From: Basidiobolus meristosporus CBS 931.73
Lineage: Eukaryota > Fungi > Basidiobolomycota
Assembly (NCBI GenBank): GCA_002104905.1
Contig: MCFE01000290.1
Span: 1-64,000 of the forward strand
DNA: 64,000 bases
Reading direction: 5' to 3'
The notes under the pieces were generated by a model, which saw nothing but the letters and a program-made list of their open reading frames with translations, was not told the origin of the DNA and ran no database searches. Shown piece by piece: positions 35,527-51,239 of this stretch (positions are counted from its first letter, which is position 1; each line of letters begins with the position of its first letter). The translations under genes and the position numbers were made by a program.

Positions 35527-37137
35527 ATGACCGCTACAACTAATAGCGCTGATGCTTCTAATCCCCCTCAGAAAATTGAATCGTACGAGGTGGGTTGGAT
35601 GTTCGTTCAAGAGTACTATACTTTTTTGAACAAGGATTCCTCCCGCCTTCACTGTTTTTATAATAAAAAATCTACCATGATACATGGCACCGAGGGCGAA
35701 CAAGTCAAACCATACCACGGCCAACAGGTTCGTTCGACTAATCTAGTTCTCGGAGTAACCCGTTCCAACTAATCGCCCCTTTTCTTCCATAAATTTATAG
35801 GAGATCCACTCGAAGATTCTTGACCTTGGCTTTGATGACTGCCGCGTCCTGGTTTCCAGCGTTGACAGCCAAGCCTCCCTTAATGGAGGTATTATCATCC
35901 AAGTTTTGGGGGAAATGTCCAACAAGGGTGGTCCATCCCAAAAGTTCGCTCAAACCTTTTTCTTGGCTGAGCAGCCTAATGGGTACTTCGTGCTCAACGA
36001 CATTTTCAGATATCTCAAAGATGAAGTCGATGAGGAATTTGACTACGAGGCTGATATCGCCGAGGATGTTGCCGCTGAGGCCCTTTCCGAGCCAGTTCAG
36101 GAAGAAGAGTCTATGGCCAAACAGGAGGTCGCGCCCATTGCGGAAGAGGCTCAAGATGTCCAAGGGGTAGCCACTGCCCTAGAAACTGAACCCAAGCCAA
36201 GCCAACTTGAGGTTGCGGAAGTGCCAGCGGATGTGAGTGCTTCTGAGAAAACCGAAGCAAACAGCGTTTCAGAACAACAGCCCAAATCAGTCGAGCCTAA
36301 AGCACCTGTGGAGCCGGCCAAGCAACGTGACTCGCAGCCCAATAAGGGCGAAACCACACCCTCAAATGAAACGAAGCCCGCGTTCAAGTCCTGGGCTAAT
36401 TTAGCCGCTAATGGGCGCGACAAGTGGGGGAGCAAAGTCTCTGAAGTGCGTGGTCCTTCTGCCAAGAATCAACAGCCCCAACCAGCTAGCCAGCCCTCTC
36501 AACCTCAACCTCAACCTCAACCCTCACTGCAGCCACAACCACAGCAACAGCAGCAAAAGCCCCAGCAGCCATCGCAATCAAGCCAAACGCAGCGTAATTC
36601 TCGACAAGATATCCCTTTGACCAGAAGCAATGGATACAAACAAGGTAAGGATCCACCACCTCTCACCGATGTTGAAATGGCATCAATTGACGGACGAGCA
36701 TTGAATTGTAGACGAAAACCTCTCGGTGTTTGTCAAGGGAGTTCAAGAAGGTATGACACCCGAAATGTTTAAAACCGCATTTAGTTCCGTTGGTCCAGTC
36801 AAGGCGGTTGATGTGATTGTCCCCAAGGTATGTAATGCATGCTTTGAAAGAATGAAGCCATCCACGTATGCTAAAGGGTTAATCCCAGAACTGTGCGTTC
36901 GTTGAGTTTACCACTGCCGAGGCGTACAAAAGCGCCATCACTCAAAGCACCTTCGTGGTGAACGGGGAAAACGTCTATGCTGAGGAGCGTCGCAAAAGTT
37001 TCCGTCAACCTGGTCGTCCCAACTACAACCAAGGTGAGCGTCGTGGCGGTTATCATCAGAACAGTGAGCGAGGCGGACGTCGTGGACGCGGTGGTAGACC
37101 GTTCAACAGAGCCTCGGCGGATAAGCTCAGCAAGTAA
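35527..37137 (+). CDS. NTF2-RRM-RGG protein (G3BP/Bre5/Nxt3 family), multi-exon
   Basis: NTF2 domain (VGWMFVQEYYTFLNKDSSRLHCFY...QKFAQTFFLAEQPNGYFVLNDIFRY), acidic/PQ linker with KSWANLAA, RRM (VFVKG...CAFVEF), C-terminal RGG. Confidence 0.92.
36497..36575 (+). repeat. CAACCT/CAG-type coding microrepeat (QPQPQP...QQQQ)
   Basis: ctcaacctcaacctcaacctcaacc and cagcaacagcagc inside the G3BP-like linker. Confidence 0.7.
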
Positions 37138-38254
37138 CCAGCAATGAAATTAACCGAAAAAAGGAATGGACAACCCTGTTACACGTGACGAGCGAGTGTC
37201 TGGTTTACAATTCACTCTTCTTGACGACGACCCATTTTAATGATTTTCTGTTTCATTTCGTTCTACGAAGTTTTCTTTTAATTTTAAATTAAAATTGATG
37301 TATAATTACTCTTGGCATACCTTGGGATCCCGATATCTAGTGTGGCAAATTACGTTAGGCTGGTGGCTTCCTGCACCATCGACTTGGTAATGGGCTGATC
37401 TAGTAGCTGAGTTAATGGCACTCAGCATAAATATATGTATTGGACTGGGCTGGTGCGACATCGCTAGGAATGGGACTGCTGGATCTTGCTTAAACTTGAA
37501 CTTTCGCGTAAATCACCTTCTTAGAAGGACAATACGTCAAAGGGCGAGAATCTCCACTACCAGACACGGTGGCTGATTCTATTTCATATTCGGGTATGGC
37601 ATGCAGCCGATGCCGTAGGAGGATCTTATGGTTGAATCGACCGGGTCCAGGTAAACTCAGTCATGGCAGCATTTTAACATTGTATCGCAGAAACATGGTA
37701 TTAGCCTAGGCTTGACCGTAGTTGGCAACCCGCCAAACACCATGCATTTAATCATCTGAGGTGGTTGGAAAACGTGGACTGGTGGAGATTTGGTGTCGTG
37801 ATTGCTAAATTGATGGGCAATGCGGAGGAAGCAATCATAAAGACAGAGAATATATGTGATGGTGGGTGACTCGGTTCCTGAGAGTTTATTTCTCGTTTCG
37901 CACAGACAGCATTGGTGTCCTTCTATATTATCCGCACCGATGGCGGCACGTTCTGACCTGTGCTTCATATCGGTCGTTTTGTCTATGCAGCAGTAGATAT
38001 TCCCATATCTCTCTATAGTTCACACTCTTTGGGCTCTTGTGAATTCACACGGCATACCATGACCGAATCTTTTGCCAAATGGGTATGGCTTAGATACTCT
38101 TGCTCATCGGCTCCTAAAACAACGTTACCAAGCCATCCGTTGAACCGCTTCAGGGTATTTTGGAAATCGGATCATATCCGTGTATTGATTCCGATAAATT
38201 ATTGAATCTGGAGGATTGAAATTTACACCAAGTTGCCTTGTAGATACTCAACTG

Positions 38255-39143
38255 ATGACTGACAGGACAGCCGACAAAGTTTCTTCGGAGGGAAAAAAGC
38301 GCACTTCCGGAAGAACGAAGGGTCGCCAGAATGATGATCCGGACGTCAAACTCTCCAAAAGTCTGAGTTATGTTCTACGACATGGTGCGGAAAAAGTTGG
38401 GTTAGAGTTACAGGAGGATGGCTACGCTTCACTAATAGATCTGGTTAGTGATGCCTTACATACAGACTGAGCTTCGAACAGAATTGTCAAGCTTAGTATT
38501 CGACGCATATTAACTGACCCGTTCTCCAACTAGCTCAAATTACCGAACTTCCAAAAACACTCGTTATCAGATATTCAAAGGGTAGTGGATAATAACGACA
38601 AGAAGCGGTACACTCTAACCAAGGACGAGCAGGGAAAGTATTGGATACGTGCCAACCAAGGGCACAGTCTCAAAGTAAGCTATACTTCTGTGTGAATTCC
38701 CAGGGTTTGCTGCCTGACAAGTTGCATTGCAGGTAAAAAATCTGGAGCTGGAGGAGATCACCGACCCCTCGCTATACCCCAACGTTATCCATGGAACCTA
38801 CTTGGAGAAATGGAAAGTGATAGGTAAGCCCGACCTTTCGTCTACTTTTGACCCCGCCCCAACACTCATATCTGCGCTCGATTCAGCCGAGAGTGGCCTC
38901 TCAAAGATGTCTCGCAACCACATCCATTTTGCCAGTGGACTGGTCGGCGAGGAGAAGGTGATTAGTGGAATGAGACGAAACTGTACTGTCTTCATCTACG
39001 TTGACCTGAAAAAAGCCCTGGAAGATAAGGTCCGATTCTTTAAGTCCTCGAACGGAGTGATCTTGTCGGAGGGGATTGATGGCATCTTGCCCGTCAAGTA
39101 TTTCTCCCAAGTATTGGATTCAAACGGTGCTAGTTTACTGTGA
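38255..39143 (+). CDS. TPT1: tRNA 2'-phosphotransferase (KptA/Tpt1), multi-exon
   Basis: LSKSLSYVLRHGA, NDKKRY, IRANQGHSL, IHGT, SKMSRNHIHF, SSNGVILSEG motifs; GT-AG introns. Confidence 0.93.
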
Positions 39144-39329
39144 TCTCACTGAATCGTTTTTTGGTGAATAAGTGTTTATTGAATTAGGGGATGGGTGATG
39201 CTCCCATGGAAGCATCAATAAACGAACGATCAAGTGAACATTCGTTCTTCCTGGATTGAATATTGTTCTTTACATGGGTGGCGTGAGCTGATATATTGGA
39301 TATTGAGGATGCATTGAGACTCGCGGGAT

Positions 39330-39836
39330 TTAGTCGTGAAGCTCCTCGTGTGTCAGCGCATCAAGCTGGGACCGTAATTCGAATATCTTCAAGCCAATCT
39401 TGCGCTGAACATCATTTTTCTGGGCCTCGTTGAGGCGTTCAAGTAGCGCGTCATATGCCTTTAGGCACTCGGTAACGGCCTGAAGGTACAAGCGCAGATT
39501 AGAGGTGGAAGTGAGGAGCTTTGGTGTTTGGGCGGGACTAACCTCTTGGGCTGCGGCTTTCTCGTCATTATAGTAGACAGAGCCCTTGGATTCGGTAGCA
39601 TACTCCAACTATTAAGCAAACAACCATTAGCATTGTCCTTGGTTGAGCTGTCTGATTGCTATTTCAAAGCTACCCACTTCGTCTCTTGCTTCAAAGAACA
39701 AGTCGGTGATCTTGTCTATCTCAGACTGAACATTGACCTGAGAGGAGTAGAACCTTTTAGCGTAGATCGTGCTTCGGGAGGCACACAGGGAGCGTTTTAA
39801 CAGCCCAAAGGTCAACACTTTGTTTAGTTGGCTCAT
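39330..39836 (-). CDS. Small helical protein with probable mitochondrial presequence, multi-exon
   Basis: Arg/Ser/Leu-rich, acid-free N-terminus (MSQLNKVLTFGLLKRSLCASRSTIYAKRFYSS), then FEARDE|MEYATESKGSVYYNDEKAAA...KIGLKIFELRSQL across GT-AG introns. Confidence 0.65.
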
Positions 39837-41018
39837 TCTCAGACTCTATTTAAGAGTCATATTGCATATCATTAGTGTTCAGTAAATGGTATTGGATGCA
39901 TATAAACGAAGAATACTCAGATATGCACCTTGAATATTGCAAAAAGATAGTCGGTTGAAGTCTAGAACGAGCAATCAGCGATTTTAAAGAATATTCGTGG
40001 TTGCCGGTCATCAATGGTTCATCTGGATCAAATTTTTCTGAGTAGCATGGGGAGATGAAGGGGGCTGTCATACGAGACTGGGGTTTCAATGAGCGATACC
40101 AAGTGGCATAATTGGTGATATAGGGTAATTGATATATGCACAAGATGGATCATGGTTAAATTAATGTTACTCAATCGAAGGATTGTTGCCTAAACCCATT
40201 GATTATCCGGTTCAATTGAGGAGACCAACCGCTCTTGGTCCAGGAGTGTTAATCTTGCACTTGTACCCTCTTCTTGACAAACATGGGGAACGGAACTAAC
40301 CTTTTGGTTTTAATTACGGCCGGTGTGGCTCTAGCCTCGAATCCCGATGAGGCCTCCTTCAAGCTCTACATGGAGAAGACACTCCAACGGTAGGTTCTAA
40401 ATCCCAAGTTCACCAGCCCCACCCCATCTGACCCTTTTAAAATGGCCAACTTAGCTCAGGCTCCTCCTGGTTCGAGCGTAAGCTCATTTCTCAGGTATCT
40501 GCAATGGTTTACAAGCGCAAGGTATTTATTGTTGTGGCGAGCTGTTGAGTGCATGTTAACTTAGTATTTGCTTTATCAGGACTACAAGTTTTTCTCCTTG
40601 ATTTCCATTCCAGAGACCGAAACAACGTACTTGGGTGTTTTCGGGATTTGGGTGCCATTGCCTTTGATCAAGTAAAATAAAGATCCTTTTCCAAGCATAC
40701 CCAGCTCCTGTATCTTGATTCCACAGGAAAGCGAAGTAAGATAGAATCACCTATTCAACACGTGTGAAGCAAGTTGAGGTCAGTGGCGGAGCGCTTTAAC
40801 CAGACAACTCGCATCAACTCGTGGTTGTATAGACAAGTAGATATGCTTCCAGAGTGCTTGATTCCCGAGCCGAAACAGGTCATGTCCTTAGATGGACATT
40901 TTTTACATGGGTGGCCTAAGTACCAGACAGCATTATAGTTTATTTAGCATTGTCTTGTCTGAGGAATACGGCTATTACGAATCATGGCATGGCTGTACAG
41001 GGCTTTGGGTTTAACAAT

Positions 41019-41833
41019 TCAGGTTCTTCTTTGATAAGAGGGGTTTATGTAGTGTTCAATCAATTCCTGCTTTCGACCTGCTTCCCAGGGCTCATTCTCG
41101 GATGGGTTAATAATCGAGGAGGACGTGGAGCCAGTTTCGATAGAGTTTTCGTCGACACTTTTGTACTTCTGCTTCAAGCGGCTTCCTACTCCCAAGATAC
41201 GGGTCCACGCGGAGTCTGGATTGACGTTGCCTCCCTCTTCATCAAAGGTCCATGGCGTGCTAAACGAGATTCGTCTGGAGGAGCGCGAGAGCAAGTATAT
41301 TTTTTCTTCGTCTGTGGAGAACCAATGGCTGAGAAGGAGGTACACAATATAGAGTGTGGTGAGGCCGAGCAGTCCACCTAGTATGAAGATAGCTATGCTA
41401 AGAATGTGTACGTTCGGAACTACAAATCCGGAAGGGGGGCTTTGAGTTAGTGACTTCGGGAGGAGTCTCTTGGTTGTGTTTACCATAACATTGTCCGTAT
41501 AGATAGTCTTCTGTGGTACATTCTGCCTCGTTGCTAGGCTCGAACCAACTTCCTTGAATGCATTTGTGGCTCTGAGAGATTGGTTATTTCCGGGGTTTTG
41601 GGAGGAAATTCGCTGTGTATACCTTGGTACAGAACCCACACCCGCTTATCGTCCCACAGGCGGAGCAGTCTGTGAATGCAGAGCAAGGATCTTTGCGAAG
41701 CCACTCAGTAAAGTCGACCACGTGGGGTTGGGTTTGGATTGAACTTACCTTGTATCACGCTGTTTGTGATATTAGCAGTCACAACGAAGGTTGGGATCAG
41801 GAGGCTGTAGAACAATTTGCATAATGTTAACAT
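41019..41833 (-). CDS. Single-pass membrane protein with PSI-like Cys domain (PTTG1IP-like), multi-exon
   Basis: Signal-like MLTLCKLFYSLLIPTFVVTA. Spliced ectodomain DPCSAFTDCSACGTISGCGFCTK|SHKCIQGSWFEPSNEAECTTEDYLYGQCY, then TM ILSIAIFILGGLLGLTTLYIVYLLL and cytosolic tail. Confidence 0.7.
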
Positions 41834-43050
41834 CAAACGGGAGAGAACAAAGAGATGGGTTAACGGATAATACAAGCAAGGGTAACAAGAGTTAAGTTTA
41901 AGGGTAAAGTATACGACCACAATGAAGGAATGCCGCTTGGTAAAATATCTAGTCAATAATCAATCGTTTCAGAATCAAGGTGGTGGGAGAAGCTGACACC
42001 ATCGTTTACATCATGTAATACTCGGCTCAATTTTGGAGGTTGTTTCGAAATTACCATCTAAAAGGGTGAAAACCGCCATTAGAAATCATGCTGATATACG
42101 TACGAATTACAATTCAACCGAATGACTCAGGTCTAATTGGAACAGAGGGCAACAGAGGGCATTTGTTTCAGCTCTGGGTGGAGTAGAATTCCCCCAAACC
42201 ATTATCCTATTGAGGCAACGAGCATACATTGCGGGCCTCGCGCTATGCAACCGGCAAAGCCACCACTCAGTCTGAATCTCCAGGATGCAGCACACTTCTT
42301 CCAAGGCAGGTGGAGTTTTCGATGCTGTAGTAGATATGCTCGTGCGGGTAGCAGGCAGCGTTCAGGGACTACCCTCGGGGAACGAGAGCGATGTCTCACC
42401 TGATTGGTATCACTCATCGCCTCTTAAGGAATGCACTTTTATTTACAATGCGATGGAAGATAGTGATCACGTACTGTGCATTCCAGATCACGGCCAGTAA
42501 TAAAGCATGGGTGTCAGCGCTTCCAAGCCTAAATCGGAATCGTGCCAACACGACCCCTGTTCTACTCATGAATCCTGCAATGGTCGTGGTGCTACATGGA
42601 TTGATACGGAAGTTCCCTACTCACAATAAAGTCATTCAATCTCAGAGAATGGTTGCCAAGTAGCAGCCTTCACAATCCGTGGCAGGATGATCCGCTGGAT
42701 ATCCTGTGACGAGTTGGTGCACGCAACCCAGAACAAGCATCGAAATCACCAACACAGGCAACGCATGATAGCGACAATGGTGGAACATCCAACCACTACA
42801 CTCAAAAATCCTTTTGCTTAGCCACCCCCTTCGCCTTATGGCTAGCTCTAGCTAGCCAGAGTATGGATCGAATGACAATGGGACCAATTACTCACGAGGA
42901 ATGGAAAATTGCCGTTTAGTAAAATTGTTTATTATCATTTGTGCTCGGCCTATGTAAGCGTGTGGATAGGACCCATACGGGTAGTCGTGATTACGCTAGA
43001 TTATGTAGAAGCCTAGCCCAACCGGTCTTGGCGATGTATGCAGTGCCTCC

Positions 43051-43984
43051 TTACCAATCCAATCTACCACGGTATAATTCCTGAATAATATGCTCATCGA
43101 GGAGTGTTTTCTCGACAATGGCTTGGGCATGGCAAGATTTGACTCGGCCATACCACACACCGACTACATGAAAGTTCCAGGGTTAATGAATGAACTTTTG
43201 GCAATGTAGCGATTTTGACGATTTACCTGGATAGATTATAACGTTGCCAGCAAACTTATGACCTATACTCCTGCGGATTAAATACGAGCCGAGAAAACCG
43301 TGGGTTACTTGAAGACTTACCTCCGATATGGCTGACCATCAGAATTTCAACTTTCTCCTCTATGCCTTTCTCTTTGACTACCCGAAGGAATTCTTCCACC
43401 AGGATGGGTGCAGTCACTCCGCAACGCTTATCTCTTCTCTTGTGCGAACAGACCAAAATAAAGCTGAGTTCTTTAGGCAACTGCTTCACTTCAAATTCCT
43501 CCATATGTTGCTCTTCGCTATAGATATAGGTGTCCAGGAAGCAATCCAGGTTCTCGATGTTGACATTGCGCACGAGCTTATTATCGGGCAAAATGATGAT
43601 CTCGTGGTCGCCTTCCTTTAGACCTTCGGGCACCTTTCGGTTGGTATTTGTGATGATCACTCTGGGTCCCTTGCGATTGGCAATTCTCTTGGTCAACTCC
43701 GCAGGTAGGCTCCCTTCCACCTCCTCGATACGCTCTGCCCAGTCATGCTTTCCGGTAGAAATCAAGAGCTGCTTGAAGTAGGGCTTCACTGTGCCTTCCA
43801 TGGTCTCTTCCCTGTCTATTTTCAAATAACTGGGGAATTGTTTGTGCTCTTCACAAGGATTTTCGCAGTTCACACAATCACTCTCGTGAATGAAGTCATA
43901 ATCCTGTGGTAGGCTATAAGTATCCGGCTCTGCACTTCCACTGCCGGTCAAAGTACGCTTGATGGTGTTTAGAAACCAACTCAT
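43051..43984 (-). CDS. APD1: Sucrase/ferredoxin-like 2Fe-2S protein (Apd1/Aim32 family), multi-exon
   Basis: CVNCENPCEEH, LLISTGKHDW, ILVCSHKRRDKRCG, SHIGG|HKFAGNVIIYP, GVWYGRV (last two in spliced downstream exons). Confidence 0.85.
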
Positions 43985-44747
43985 GTTGCCGATGTATTCT
44001 ACACAAACCTAAGCGTTTAGTGCGCCTTCTAAAGCCAATCTTAACAGGATGATGGAAAATTATTCTTCGAATCACCCATTTTTTTATGACATCGTTTTGG
44101 CAATTTGTCAAGGGATTTCTCCACTGTGGGAAACCCCCATAATATTCGGTGCACAAGGATTTGGACTAATTTCCAATGCATATTGCCACCGGCTGACCAA
44201 TGTAAGTAGCCTTCAGCAACCCACTAGCTATTTACCAGATTGGTCGAACTGTATGACTGGAGTTGACTGCATCCATATGGAGAACTTTGTTCACATTCAT
44301 TGACTCATGCCTATGACGTTTTTCTGGTGAATGATATGCTTGAAGGCTACATTTTATGGTGATTATCGGGGTACAAGGACTTTTACAGAAACCCCCATCC
44401 AGCCAGCAAATGAAATGCCATGTCAATGTAACTTCGCTACTGGTTAAACCCCCAAGATTCTGAAAGTCGACAATATTTGCGTCGCAACGATGTTGGAACC
44501 CATTTGCAAATCTTGCTCATCCATTACCACATTCAAGTGTGCTTGTGTGGCAAAGGCCAGATCGATGTTACTTACCATATTGATGTGTTGCTATTTATAA
44601 GCGATTGTTATATACACTATTTATTTTGTTTAGTTGGCAATGGGTTGATAAATCAGTCAAGATAATGGTTATCCTTAGGCCAAGATCGATCCAGGCGCAT
44701 TGGACACGAGCCAGCACTGTAGGTCTGCTCTTTAGAGGTAAATTATA

Positions 44748-45047
44748 TCAAGAAGGGAGGATGCTTTCATGATCACCTAGACGAATCTCGTGCACTTGGA
44801 CATCGTCCCGGTGCCGGTGATGTGTCCGACTGTTAAGCTTGTGATACAGTGAAGAGGAGCGGGAGGCAAACGCCTCTTCATTCCATATAAAGCCATAGGA
44901 TTTTTTGGTGATTAGGATAGGTGTGTGATCGTATTCGCTGAAATATTCTTTGACATGAATGTCGCTTGAGGTGGAAGCACTGGAGATTGAGGATGTAGGG
45001 GAAGTCTCCCGGTGGACTTTCTGTGGAAGCGAATCAAAGTTGGACAT
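44748..45047 (-). CDS. Hypothetical small protein (99 aa)
   Basis: ATG-started, protein-like ORF with Ser-rich N-terminus and motifs KKSYGFIWNEEAFA and VQVHEIRL; family not identified. Confidence 0.55.
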   Translation of the reverse strand: MSNFDSLPQKVHRETSPTSSISSASTSSDIHVKEYFSEYDHTPILITKKSYGFIWNEEAFASRSSSLYHKLNSRTHHRHRDDVQVHEIRLGDHESILPS

Positions 45048-46857
45048 ATCGAATTGGTTGATGAGCGAAATGGGGAGGGTGAAGGAAGCTCTCTAACTCA
45101 ACTCTATAAAGGTAGCTTGGCCACTGGACTTGGAATCGTCAGGCTTTTTATACACGACATCGTGCTTCATTGAAGCTCGCCTACACATTTATATTAAGCT
45201 ACTGTATAGGATCAGTATTCGAAACTTATCTTTATTTTAAAAACCTGTATTCCACTCTCCCTGATTGAGCCCAGGTATGATTAGAGTGCTTCCAATCAAG
45301 TGAATGCGACGTCAACTACGCAGCTGTGAGCTGCAGCTTACATCTCTCTGCGAGAGATTATTTGTCATGTATTGGAATGAACTCACTCTGAATCAGATGG
45401 TTTCACCTGGCAAGACGGGTCATGACAGCAGTGCACCAATTCACTTCAGGCTATTAACCAAGTTGCCACTATCAGGCTTCCAATTTGGGCTGATTTCTAT
45501 TGATCGAGAAATCCATCCAGAATCCAGAAGGGCTGCTAGCGGTGTACTACCAATCCCGTGAACACAGTTCACCGAAGTAGTGTGCGATGTAGCGGATCAC
45601 CGGGCTGTGACTGCTCTCTATTTTTACTGTTATCGAAGGCTATATAAAGGGATATTTTTCTAGATCCAATACTCCGATCGGCCTTGCGAGCTTTTCTGAG
45701 CCAATTCGGATAATCAGTTTCTAGCGCTATCTGGTGGAGACTTTTTCTTCATGAGCAGACTCTCTTACAGGTGAGTTTTCGGAGTCGGTGAATTTCTCAT
45801 GTGGATTGGTGGCAGGCCGATAAATCGTTGATTGATCAGTCGGCATTCTCTGCAAGTGTTCTGTATGTTGAGTGATCTCGATTGCACACGAAGAAGGGCA
45901 GCCGGTTCGATGTAGAGATGTGATCGATGCCTATTCTGCTTGCGGGTAATGATGGCCTCTATGCTGTAAGCATATACACATGCGCCACCTTCAAAGCAGC
46001 TTATCGCGCCAACCAACCAACTCGATACTGACATTCGGGTTTCAAATATCTACAGTCCAAAGTAGGGATAGATGCAAGCCTTGCCCTCCCGAAGGACCAG
46101 TCGACCAATCAAAATGGAGCACATGCGTGGAGTTATCAAGCCAGAGAAAGTCCGTTTTCTTGGAAACTATATATATGATCCATCACCAACCACAACTCAC
46201 CAGTGACAAGGCTCCTCTTACACGGCAATCCCCCAATACATCAGACATCCTTGACCCAGGCACTGTTGGTCAAAGCTCTAGTTCAAAATTTGGAGATTGG
46301 GATCTTCATGGATTTTCAAATCCATTTCCATCTTCGTCTCCGTACCTTCATCGGTATATGGTCTATATGGCTTAACACCCTTGGTGGTTTGTGGCCGGGA
46401 TAGATGGCAGTGGGTGTGAATCATCTGGGCAATTGTAAGACATGGGACACCACTTGAATCTTATTCCATTGAGAATAGTCACCAGGGCGTTTCTCGCAGT
46501 GACCCTTCCAATCCCCACAACGCGGGTGCCATGCACCACTCTTTTTAGACTATCTTACTATATATGTATAAAATCCAGGAGAACATCGAGTGCGATCATT
46601 TTATAGCTCTGTGTACATCACTGCAACCACGAGCTTAAAAATACCTTCAAGTAAATTACAAACAAACAGGCACACTGTGGTGGTGTGTTTCGATAGATTG
46701 CTCACACAGATCTCGCTCGGAACCTTCCACAATGGTTTGAGTATGAAGGATGTACCATGGATATGATCCAGTTTGATGCAAGGTGCTCCTTTCAGGCGGT
46801 TAAGGCGCCCAATTACTGATTTCCTCCCTTATGTATACTTGCCGACAACAACCATTT

Positions 46858-47862
46858 TTACTGATGTTTTTCATGTAACTGGGCGCTGGCTTTTTGCTGG
46901 TCGACGGTCATCTCCGGAGGATCTGATAGATAAATCAACAGAGAGGGCACCGACGCTTGGCCTAGTACGAAAAAGAATGGGCCTATGTAGGGAACATACA
47001 TCAATGAATAAAACAAAATGGCAAAGGATAGGGTGACGGTTTGTCTGGGTGAAAACCACAGATATCTTTCTGAATTGGTGACCACAACCCGGGAGAAATA
47101 AGGCTCCAAGAGCTCCCAGGCCAGAGCTCTGCAGCCATAAAAGTAACTCAAGGCGTAGACACTATAAGGTTTCAGCACCGGAAATATAAAGGTAGCCAAT
47201 GCAAACGTATATCCGACAGGTTTGCCGAAGGCTCGTGAAGTTAACCAAGCAGAGGCAAGTGGCGTTGCCAAAACTCCGATAACCGGAAGTAAAGATAATG
47301 CATAAACCGTTAAAAGCAGTCTTAAGCGACGGGTAGTACGAGCAAAGTAACGTTTCATCTCTTTCCAATAGGTGTAGCGGTATGGAACCCTAGAAAGTCG
47401 CACGAAATATGTGTATGAAGATGCCTGGAGTGAGGTCATAAATACACGATCAAATGGTTGGGGATATAGATAACGAACGAACAAGAGTCCAATAAAAGGG
47501 GTGGTTGAGATTGCGCTTGACACGCTTAACATTACAGTATTCAAAGTGGAGTCAACCGTGGAGTAATCGTAGCGAAATAAATACCCAAAAAATAGGTTTC
47601 CCCACTTGACAAGTTTTAAAGGAAACAATATCAAGTTGTGGGTAACAAAATAAACGACAACCAAGAATCCGAATAGGATCAGGAACGACCACAAAAGCCA
47701 CACGCGTAACTGAGGATTACGAAAAGATGCGACGGACCCTTCACAGGCGAGTTCAAATCCTTTGATGATATCAAAAAACATCTTCGTATTGGTTATGATC
47801 TGAGGGTATGATGCTGGTGACCGCGGTGGGGAAATATGTGGACTAGCGCTTCTCGAGTCCAT
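46858..47862 (-). CDS. Multi-pass membrane protein (EI24/CysZ-like, resembles fungal UsgS type)
   Basis: 334-aa intronless ORF with several hydrophobic helices and FVRYLYPQPFDRVFMTSL, LAWELLEPYFSR, IGPFFFVLGQAS segments. Confidence 0.6.
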   Translation of the reverse strand: MDSRSASPHISPPRSPASYPQIITNTKMFFDIIKGFELACEGSVASFRNPQLRVWLLWSFLILFGFLVVVYFVTHNLILFPLKLVKWGNLFFGYLFRYDYSTVDSTLNTVMLSVSSAISTTPFIGLLFVRYLYPQPFDRVFMTSLQASSYTYFVRLSRVPYRYTYWKEMKRYFARTTRRLRLLLTVYALSLLPVIGVLATPLASAWLTSRAFGKPVGYTFALATFIFPVLKPYSVYALSYFYGCRALAWELLEPYFSRVVVTNSERYLWFSPRQTVTLSFAILFYSLMYVPYIGPFFFVLGQASVPSLLIYLSDPPEMTVDQQKASAQLHEKHQ

Positions 47863-48188
47863 CGTATCCCTAAATGCCTTCTATCTGTAAGAGAGCTTCC
47901 ACTCTTTCAGCAGCCTTTATAATCCCCCAGTATCAATAGTACCAGGAATCCCACAATACGTCATGTCCGAAAAAAATAGCATTACATCAGGTGCCGCAGC
48001 AACCCTGGATTGCACATCGATACTTTATATGCCAACCTTTATTTTTCTATGGAGTACGGCAGCTCTTTAGATGAGTAGTCTTAAGTACAACTAAATCCTA
48101 TATTGAAGAACAGGGCATAGAGTATGGTGGTGAATGAGGCGTTGGTACATGTCAAAATTGATCAGATGCGATGGACTAAAATGGTGTA

Positions 48189-50338
<2,150 letters not shown>

Positions 50339-51239
50339 TTTGACTAGGAGTGCTAAGAAAAGCTGGATGATGTTGCAAGCCCGTCCAGCGGATATTTATA
50401 AGATTTCACCAACATGGAATGGCATTTTAGATAAGGTACAAGCTTCGGTTTGTAGTACTCCAAGTGCACTGAAACCCAATTCCAATATATCCTATGGTCT
50501 TTATTAAGCAAATTGATTGACATTGCCAATTTCAACAATGTAGGTACCCTGCCCAAACAAAGAAGGCATATAATCTCTCGGATTAGCCTTGAATTGCGCG
50601 CCCACTCTCCTCGTAGTGGAAATCCATCGATAGTACCACTCCAAACGTTGCAAGGCCCAATTAATCTTGCCATTCGATATTATATCACTACAGGTACATT
50701 TCGACCGCTAGATCGAACCGGAATATCGAAAGGCGGTCACACTGAGACCTGGAAATCATGACTTTGGCCGCTATTCATCTTCGCCTAATTATTAAACGGC
50801 CACTCATATCAATTGTGGTTGCTCATGATCTGAATTGAATATGTGAGCCCTCAGACTTCATTGGCCACGGCCCACGCTGGCGCTCGACAAAACCATCTGC
50901 GAATCTATCTGAAACATCCTATTCATAATGGTAGCCTAAGCGGGTCATCCATTAGAACCCGGATATGAGTCTGGATATTGTTAGGCATCCTCTTTATAGA
51001 CGAATGTCTTAACTATTTCTGTCGACATTGTGCCCCAATCGTATAATTTACCGTGGGCCATCCAGCATGGACCAAAACATTCCATGGAATCATGATAGCC
51101 TGTCGCATATGCCATGCCATCTGTATAGGGATGGATTTTATTATACTGCGACGGAGCAGATGAGATCTCAATATTACAGATATGGAGTTGGCGTGCTATT
51201 ATTGGGAGGATGCCGGGCGGTAGTTCACATCATTTACAC

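Noticed and set aside
40140-40950. Possible small spliced gene (GT-AG-like sites, ORF 40556..40750)
   Set aside because: No consistent reading frame or recognisable product.
42520-42790. Minus-strand 48-codon ORF with signal-like hydrophobic stretch (MFHHCRYHALPVLVISMLVLG...)
   Set aside because: Too short and unsupported; could be chance.
44049-44665. Protein-like fragments with possible splice sites
   Set aside because: Stops in all frames and no identifiable family; at most a decayed pseudogene.
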